From Auanema rhodensis (Eukaryota; Animalia; Nematoda), in NCBI GenBank assembly GCA_964057225.1, contig OZ059899.1, positions 2,480,001-2,544,000 on the forward strand: DNA of 64,000 bases, given 5' to 3'. The position numbers were made by a program, and so were the translations under genes. This document shows, piece after piece, positions 55,789 to 64,000 of this stretch (positions are counted from its first letter, which is position 1; the number at the start of each line of letters is the position of its first letter). A model generated the notes under the pieces. The model did no database searches, had not been told where the DNA came from, and worked only from the letters and a program-made list of their open reading frames with translations.

Positions 55789-57891
55789 ATGGAAACTCAA
55801 CATACACTAATGCATCATTTTTCAAACGATCATAACTAATTTTTGTATTAAGCGTTTCTCGATGTAGTATAGTGCATTCGATGCGGATTTTTAAGCTGCG
55901 TCGATCTGTGTTATCAGATTTGCGCTAGCTTAAAAATGCACCGAGATTTTAACTGATATAAGTTCACACTTATATCCTCGATTTTCACCCTGAAGAATTG
56001 ATTTTTTCGTTGAATAACATCGTCCATCGTCTTTGCCTTGAAAAATGGAATCTAAAAACATCTACTTTTTGCTAAATTATTTCGAAATTTTTCGAAAACA
56101 TTTTTGTCAAAATGTTTTTGGAAGCAATGTTGAGTGTACATGGAAACTCAACATACACTAATGCATCATTTTTCAAACGATCATAACTAATTTTTGTATT
56201 AGCTTTTCTCAATGTAGTATAGTGCATTCGATGCGGATTTTTAAGCTGCGTCGATCTGTGTTATCAGATTTGCGCTAGCTTAAAAATGCACCGAGATATC
56301 AACTGATATAAGTTCACACTTATATCCTCGATTTTCACCCTGAAGAATTAATTTTTTCGTTGAATAACATTGTCCATCGTCTTTGCCTTAAAAAATGGAA
56401 TCTAAAAACATCTACTTTTTGCTAAATTATTTTGAAATTTTTCGAAAAAATTTTTGTCAAAATGTTTTTGGAAGCAATGTTGAGTGTACATGGAAACTCA
56501 ACATACACTAATGCATCATTTTTCAAACGATCATAACTAATTTTTGTATTAAGCTTTTCTCAATGTAGTATAGTGCATTCGATGCGGATTTTTAAGCTGC
56601 GTCGATCTGTGTTATCAGATTTGCGCTAGCTTAAAAATGCACCGAGATTTTAACTGATATAAGTTCACACTTATATCCTCGATTTTCACCCTGAAGAATT
56701 GATTTTTTCGTTGAATAACATCGTCCATCGTCTTTGCCTTGAAAAATGGAATCTAAAAACATCTACTTTTTGCTAAATTATTTTGAAATTTTTCGAAAAC
56801 ATTTTTGTCAAAATGTTTTTGGAAGCAATGTTGAGTGTACATGGAAACTCAACATACACTAATGCATCATTTTTCAAACGATCATAACTAATTTTTGTAT
56901 TAGCTTTTCTCAATGTAGTATAGTGCATTCGATGCGGATTTTTAAGCTGCGTCGATCTGTGTTATCAGATTTGCGCTAGCTTAAAAATGCACCGAGATAT
57001 CAACTGATATAAGTTCACACTTATATCCTCGATTTTCACCCTGAAGAATTAATTTTTTCGTTGAATAACATTGTCCATCGTCTTTGCCTTAAAAAATGGA
57101 ATCTAAAAACATCTACTTTTTGCTAAATTATTTTGAAATTTTTCGAAAAAATTTTTGTCAAAATGTTTTTGGAAGCAATGTTGAGTGTACATGGAAACTC
57201 AACATACACTAATGCATCATTTTTCAAACGATCATAACTAATTTTTGTATTAAGCTTTTCTCAATGTAGTATAGTGCATTCGATGCGGATTTTTAAGCTG
57301 CGTCGATCTGTGTTATCAGATTTGCGCTAGCTTAAAAATGCACCGAGATATCAACTGATATAAGTTCACACTTATATCCTCGATTTTCACCCTGAAGAAT
57401 TGATTTTTTCGTTGAATAACATCGTCCATCGTCTTTGCCTTGAAAAATGGAATCTAAAAACATCTACTTTTTGCTAAATTATTTTGAAATTTTTCGAAAA
57501 CATTTTTGTCAAAATGTTTTTGGAAGCAATGTTGAGTGTACATGGAAACTCAACATACACTAATGCATCATTTTTCAAACGATCATAACTAATTTTTGTA
57601 TTAGCTTTTCTCAATGTAGTATAGTGCATTCGATGCGGATTTTTAAGCTGCGTCGATCTGTGTTATCAGATTTGCGCTAGCTTAAAAATGCACCGAGATA
57701 TCAACTGATATAAGTTCACACTTATATCCTCGATTTTCACCCTGAAGAATTAATTTTTTCGTTGAATAACATTGTCCATCGTCTTTGCCTTAAAAAATGG
57801 AATCTAAAAACATCTACTTTTTGCTAAATTATTTTGAAATTTTTCGAAAAAATTTTTGTCAAAATGTTTTTGGAAGCAATGTTGAGTGTAC
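55789..57891. repeat. 2-monomer unit (701 bp) repeated three times (M160-165)
   Basis: 351-bp monomers with ACATCGTCC + CGAAAACATTT alternate with 350-bp monomers carrying TATTAGCTTTT + CCTTAAAAAATGG. Confidence 0.82.
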
Positions 57892-60800
57892 ATGGAAACT
57901 CAACATACACTAATGCATCATTTTTCAAACGATCATAACTAATTTTTGTATTAAGCTTTTCTCAATGTAGTATAGTGCATTCGATGCGGATTTTTAAGCT
58001 GCGTCGATCTGTGTTATCAGATTTGCGCTAGCTTAAAAATGCACCGAGATATCAACTGATATAAGTTCACACTTATATCCTCGATTTTCACCCTGAAGAA
58101 TTGATTTTTTCGTTGAATAACATTGTCCATCGTCTTTGCCTTGAAAAATGGAATCTAAAAACATCTACTTTCTGCTAAATTATTTTGAAATTTTTCGAAA
58201 AAATTTTTGTCAAAATGTTTTTGGAAGCAATGTTGAGTGTACATGGAAACTCAACATACACTAATGCATCATTTTTCAAACGATCATAACTAATTTTTGT
58301 ATTAAGCGTTTCTCGATGTAGTATAGTGCATTCGATGCGGATTTTTAAGCTGCGTCGATCTGTGTTATCAGATTTGCGCTAGCTTAAAAATGCACCGAGA
58401 TTTTAACTGATATAAGTTCACACTTATATCCTCGATTTTCACCCTGAAGAATTGATTTTTTCGTTGAATAACATCGTCCATCGTCTTTGCCTTGAAAAAT
58501 GGAATCTAAAAACATCTACTTTTTGCTAAATTATTTTGAAATTTTTCGAAAACATTTTTGTCAAAATGTTTTTGGAAGCAATGTTGAGTGTACATGGAAA
58601 CTCAACATACACTAATGCATCATTTTTCAAACGATCATAACTAATTTTTGTATTAAGCTTTTCTCAATGTAGTATAGTGCATTCGATGCGGATTTTTAAG
58701 CTTCGTCGATCTGTGTTATCAGATTTGCGCTAGCTTAAAAATGCACCGAGATATCAACTGATATAAGTTCACACTTATATCCTCGATTTTCACCCTGAAG
58801 AATTGATTTTTTCGTTGAATAACATTGTCCATCGTCTTTGCCTTGAAAAATGGAATCTAAAAACATCTACTTTTTGCTAAATTATTTTGAAATTTTTCGA
58901 AAAAATTTTTGTCAAAATGTTTTTGGAAGCAATGTTGAGTGTACATGGAAACTCAACATACACTAATGCATCATTTTTCAAACGATCATAACTAATTTCT
59001 GTATTAAGCTTTTCTCAATGTAGTATAGTGCATTCGATGCGGATTTTTAAGCTGCGTCGATCTGTGTTATCAGATTTGCGCTAGCTTAAAAATGCACTGA
59101 GATATCAACTGATATAAGTTCACACTTATATCCTCGATTTTCACCCTGAAGAATTGATTTTTTCGTTGAATAACATTGTCCATCGTCTTTGCCTTGAAAA
59201 ATGGAATCTAAAAACATCTACTTTTTGCTAAATTATTTTGAAATTTTTCGAAAAAATTTTTGTCAAAATGTTTTTGGAAGCAATGTTGAGTGTACATGGA
59301 AACTCAACATACACTAATGCATCATTTTTCAAACGATCATAACTAATTTTTGTATTAAGCGTTTCTCGATGTAGTATAGTGCATTCGATGCGGATTTTTA
59401 AGCTGCGTCGATCTGTGTTATCAGATTTGCGCTAGCTTAAAAATGCACCGAGATATCAACTGATATAAGTTCACACTTATATCCTCGATTTTCACCCTGA
59501 AGAATTAATTTTTTCGTTGAATAACATTGTCCATCGTCTTTGCCTTAAAAAAAGGAATCTAATAACATCTACATTTTGCTAAATTATTTTGAAATTTTTC
59601 GAAAAAATTTTTGTCAAAATGTTTTTGGAAGCAATGTTGAGTGTACATGGAAACTCAACATACACTAATGCATCATTTTTCAAACGATCATAACTAATTT
59701 TTGTATCAAACGTTTCTCAATGTAGTATAGTGCATTCGATGCGGATTTTTAAGCTGCGTCGATCTGTGTTATCAGATTTGCGCTAGCTTAAAAATGCACC
59801 GAGATATCAACTGATATAAGTTCACACTTATATCCTCGATTTTCACCCTGAAGAATTAATTTTTTCGTTGAATAACATTGTCCATCGTCTTTGCCTTGAA
59901 AAATGGAATCTAAAAACATCTACTTTTTGCTAAATTATTTTGAAATTTTTCGAAAAAATTTTTGTCAAAATGTTTTTGGAAGCAATGTTGAGTGTACATG
60001 GAAACTCAACATACACTAATGCATCATTTTTCAAACGATCATAACTAATTTTTGTATTAAGCGTTTCTCGATGTAGTATAGTGCATTCGATGCGGATTTT
60101 TAAGCTGCGTCGATCTGTGTTATCAGATTTGCGCTAGCTTAAAAATGCACCGAGATATCAACTGATATAAGTTCACACTTATATCCTCGATTTTCACCCT
60201 GAAGAATTAATTTTTTCGTTGAATAACATTGTCCATCGTCTTTGCCTTAAAAAAAGGAATCTAATAACATCTACATTTTGCTAAATTATTTTGAAATTTT
60301 TCGAAAAAATTTTTGTCAAAATGTTTTTGGAAGCAATGTTGAGTGTACATGGAAACTCAACATACACTAATGCATCATTTTTCAAACGATCATAACTAAT
60401 TTTTGTATCAAACGTTTCTCAATGTAGTATAGTGCATTCGATGCGGATTTTTAAGCTGCGTCGATCTGTGTTATCAGATTTGCGCTAGCTTAAAAATGCA
60501 CCGAGATATCAACTGATATAAGTTCACACTTATATCCTCGATTTTCACCCTGAAGAATTAATTTTTTCGTTGAATAACATTGTCCATCGTCTTTGCCTTA
60601 AAAAAAGGAATCTAATAACATCTACATTTTGCTAAATTATTTTGAAATTTTTCGAAAAAATTTTTTTCAAAATGTTTTTGGAAGCAATGTTGAGTGTACA
60701 TGGAAACTCAACATACACTAATGCATCATTTTTCAAACGATCATAACTAATTTTTGTATTAAGCTTTTCTCAATGTAGTATAGTGCATTCGATGCGGATT

Positions 60801-63800
60801 TTTAAGCTGCGTCGATCTGTGTTATCAGATTTGCGCTAGCTTAAAAATGCACTGAGATATCAACTGATATAAGTTCACACTTATATCCTCGATTTTCACC
60901 CTGAAGAATTGATTTTTTCGTTGAATAACATTGTCCATCGTCTTTGCCTTGAAAAATGGAATCTAAAAACATCTACTTTTTGCTAAATTATTTTGAAATT
61001 TTTCGAAAAAATTTTTGTCAAAATGTTTTTGGAAGCAATGTTGAGTGTACATGGAAACTCAACATACACTAATGCATCATTTTTCAAACGATCATAACTA
61101 ATTTTTGTATTAAGCGTTTCTCAATGTAGTATAGTGCATTCGATGCGGAATTTTAAGCTGCGTCGATCTGTGTTATCAGATTTGCGCTAGCTTAAAAATG
61201 CACCGAGATATCAACTGATATAAGTTCACACTTATATCCTCGATTTTCACCCTGAAGAATTGATTTTTTCGTTGAATAACATTGTCCATCGTCTTCGCCT
61301 TGAAAAATGGAATCTAAAAACATCTACTTTCTGCTAAATTATTTTGAAATTTTTCGAAAAAATTTTTGTCAAAATGTTTTTGGAAGCAATGTTGAGTGTA
61401 CATGGAAACTCAACATACACTAATGCATCATTTTTCAAACGATCATAACTAATTTTTGTATTAAGCGTTTCTCGATGTAGTATAGTGCATTCGATGCGGA
61501 TTTTTAAGCTGCGTCGATCTGTGTTATCAGATTTGCGCTAGCTTAAAAATGCACCGAGATTTTAACTGATATAAGTTCACACTTATATCCTCGATTTTCA
61601 CCCTGAAGAATTGATTTTTTCGTTGAATAACATCGTCCATCGTCTTTGCCTTGAAAAATGGAATCTAAAAACATCTACTTTTTGCTAAATTATTTTGAAA
61701 TTTTTCGAAAAAATTTTTGTCAAAATGTTTTTGGAAGCAATGTTGAGTGTACATGGAAACTCAACATACACTAATGCATCATTTTTCAAACGATCATAAC
61801 TAATTTTTGTATTAGCTTTTCTCAATGTAGTATAGTGCATTCGATGCGGATTTTTAAGCTGCGTCGATCTGTGTTATCAGATTTGCGCTAGCTTAAAAAT
61901 GCACCGAGATATCAACTGATATAAGTTCACACTTATATCCTCGATTTTCACCCTGAAGAATTAATTTTTTCGTTGAATAACATTGTCCATCGTCTTTGCC
62001 TTAAAAAATGGAATCTAAAAACATCTACTTTTTGCTAAATTATTTTGAAATTTTTCGAAAAAATTTTTGTCAAAATGTTTTTGGAAGCAATGTTGAGTGT
62101 ACATGGAAACTCAACATACACTAATGCATCATTTTTCAAACGATCATAACTAATTTTTGTATTAAGCTTTTCTCAATGTAGTATAGTGCATTCGATGCGG
62201 ATTTTTAAGCTGCGTCGATCTGTGTTATCAGATTTGCGCTAGCTTAAAAATGCACCGAGATATCAACTGATATAAGTTCACACTTATATCCTCGATTTTC
62301 ACCCTGAAGAATTGATTTTTTCGTTGAATAACATTGTCCATCGTCTTTGCCTTGAAAAATGGAATCTAAAAACATCTACTTTTTGCTAAATTATTTTGAA
62401 ATTTTTCGAAAACATTTTTGTCAAAATGTTTTTGGAAGCAATGTTGAGTGTACATGGAAACTCAACATACACTAATGCATCATTTTTCAAACGATCATAA
62501 CTAATTTTTGTATTAGCTTTTCTCAATGTAGTATAGTGCATTCGATGCGGATTTTTAAGCTGCGTCGATCTGTGTTATCAGATTTGCGCTAGCTTAAAAA
62601 TGCACCGAGATATCAACTGATATAAGTTCACACTTATATCCTCGATTTTCACCCTGAAGAATTGATTTTTTCGTTGAATAACATTGTCCATCGTCTTTGC
62701 CTTGAAAAATGGAATCTAAAAACATCTACTTTTTGCTAAATTATTTTGAAATTTTTCGAAAACATTTTTGTCAAAATGTTTTTGGAAGCAATGTTGAGTG
62801 TACATGGAAACTCAACATACACTAATGCATCATTTTTCAAACGATCATAACTAATTTTTGTATTAGCTTTTCTCAATGTAGTATAGTGCATTCGATGCGG
62901 ATTTTTAAGCTGCGTCGATCTGTGTTATCAGATTTGCGCTAGCTTAAAAATGCACCGAGATATCAACTGATATAAGTTCACACTTATATCCTCGATTTTC
63001 ACCCTGAAGAATTAATTTTTTCGTTGAATAACATTGTCCATCGTCTTTGCCTTAAAAAATGGAATCTAAAAACATCTACTTTTTGCTAAATTATTTTGAA
63101 ATTTTTCGAAAAAATTTTTGTCAAAATGTTTTTGGAAGCAATGTTGAGTGTACATGGAAACTCAACATACACTAATGCATCATTTTTCAAACGATCATAA
63201 CTAATTTTTGTATTAAGCTTTTCTCAATGTAGTATAGTGCATTCGATGCGGATTTTTAAGCTGCGTCGATCTGTGTTATCAGATTTGCGCTAGCTTAAAA
63301 ATGCACCGAGATATCAACTGATATAAGTTCACACTTATATCCTCGATTTTCACCCTGAAGAATTGATTTTTTCGTTGAATAACATTGTCCATCGTCTTTG
63401 CCTTGAAAAATGGAATCTAAAAACATCTACTTTTTGCTAAATTATTTTGAAATTTTTCGAAAAAATTTTTGTCAAAATGTTTTTGGAAGCAATGTTGAGT
63501 GTACATGGAAACTCAACATACACTAATGCATCATTTTTCAAACGATCATAACTAATTTTTGTATTAAGCGTTTCTCAATGTAGTATAGTGCATTCGATGC
63601 GGATATTTAAGCTGCGTCGATCTGTGTTATCAGATTTGCGCTAGCTTAAAAATGCACCGAGATATCAACTGATATAAGTTCACACTTATATCCTCGATTT
63701 TCACCCTGAAGAATTAATTTTTTCGTTGAATAACATTGTCCATCGTCTTTGCCTTGAAAAATGGAATCTAAAAACATCTACTTTTTGCTAAATTATTTTG

Positions 63801-64000
63801 AAATTTTTCGAAAAAATTTTTGTCAAAATGTTTTTGGAAGCAATGTTGAGTGTACATGGAAACTCAACATACACTAATGCATCATTTTTCAAACGATCAT
63901 AACTAATTTTTGTATCAAACGTTTCTCAATGTAGTATAGTGCATTCGATGCGGATTTTTTAGCTGCGTCGATCTGTGTTATCAGATTTGCGCTAGCTTAA

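Larger units (their letters stand above)
1..64000. repeat. Tandem satellite DNA array, 350/351-bp AT-rich monomer, ~182.4 head-to-tail copies, running off both window ends
   Basis: The anchor GTAC|ATGGAAACTCAA recurs every 350-351 bp from 1 to 63856 (GTAA in two junctions). Monomers differ by only a few substitutions and two 1-bp indel alleles. Monomer 2 has 111/351 G+C by hand count. No interrupting unique sequence or strand switch was seen. Confidence 0.99.

Noticed and set aside
1-64000. CRISPR array or other repeat-spacer system
   Set aside because: There are no unique spacers. The entire 351 bp repeats, and no cas or other genes are present.
1-64000. CENP-B box or telomeric repeats
   Set aside because: I saw no match to the NTTCGNNNNANNCGGGN consensus and no TTAGG, TTAGGG or TTTAGGG tracts on either strand.
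1-64000. Synthetic construct or rolling-circle amplification concatemer
   Set aside because: Variants are shared among copies in nested, position-dependent patterns. That indicates descent over evolutionary time, not independent copying errors from one template.

Overview
The whole 64-kb window is one uninterrupted head-to-tail tandem array (satellite DNA) of a ~351-bp, ~32% GC monomer. By my count it holds 182 complete monomers (M1-M182, phased at ATGGAAACTC; starts 1, 351, 702, 1052 ... 63505) plus a partial M183 (63856-64000), all in one orientation. I found no genes, RNA genes, transposon insertions, inversions or CRISPR spacers, and the single listed ORF is a chance product of one SNP. 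It looks like eukaryotic (peri)centromeric or heterochromatic satellite, but I cannot assign a family or species from sequence alone. Two kinds of structure are visible. (i) The monomer carries several dyad symmetries, and the main ones lie in its least variable parts. (ii) The few variable positions work as a barcode of the array's history: successive variant domains, local 2- to 8-monomer higher-order repeats, chimeric monomers, a ~1-kb block shared between sites 8.8 kb apart, a mutation cluster at a duplication junction, and an apparent excess of CpG transitions. I saw no evidence of a new protein- or RNA-encoding system. All monomer typing and counts were done by eye and need computational confirmation.
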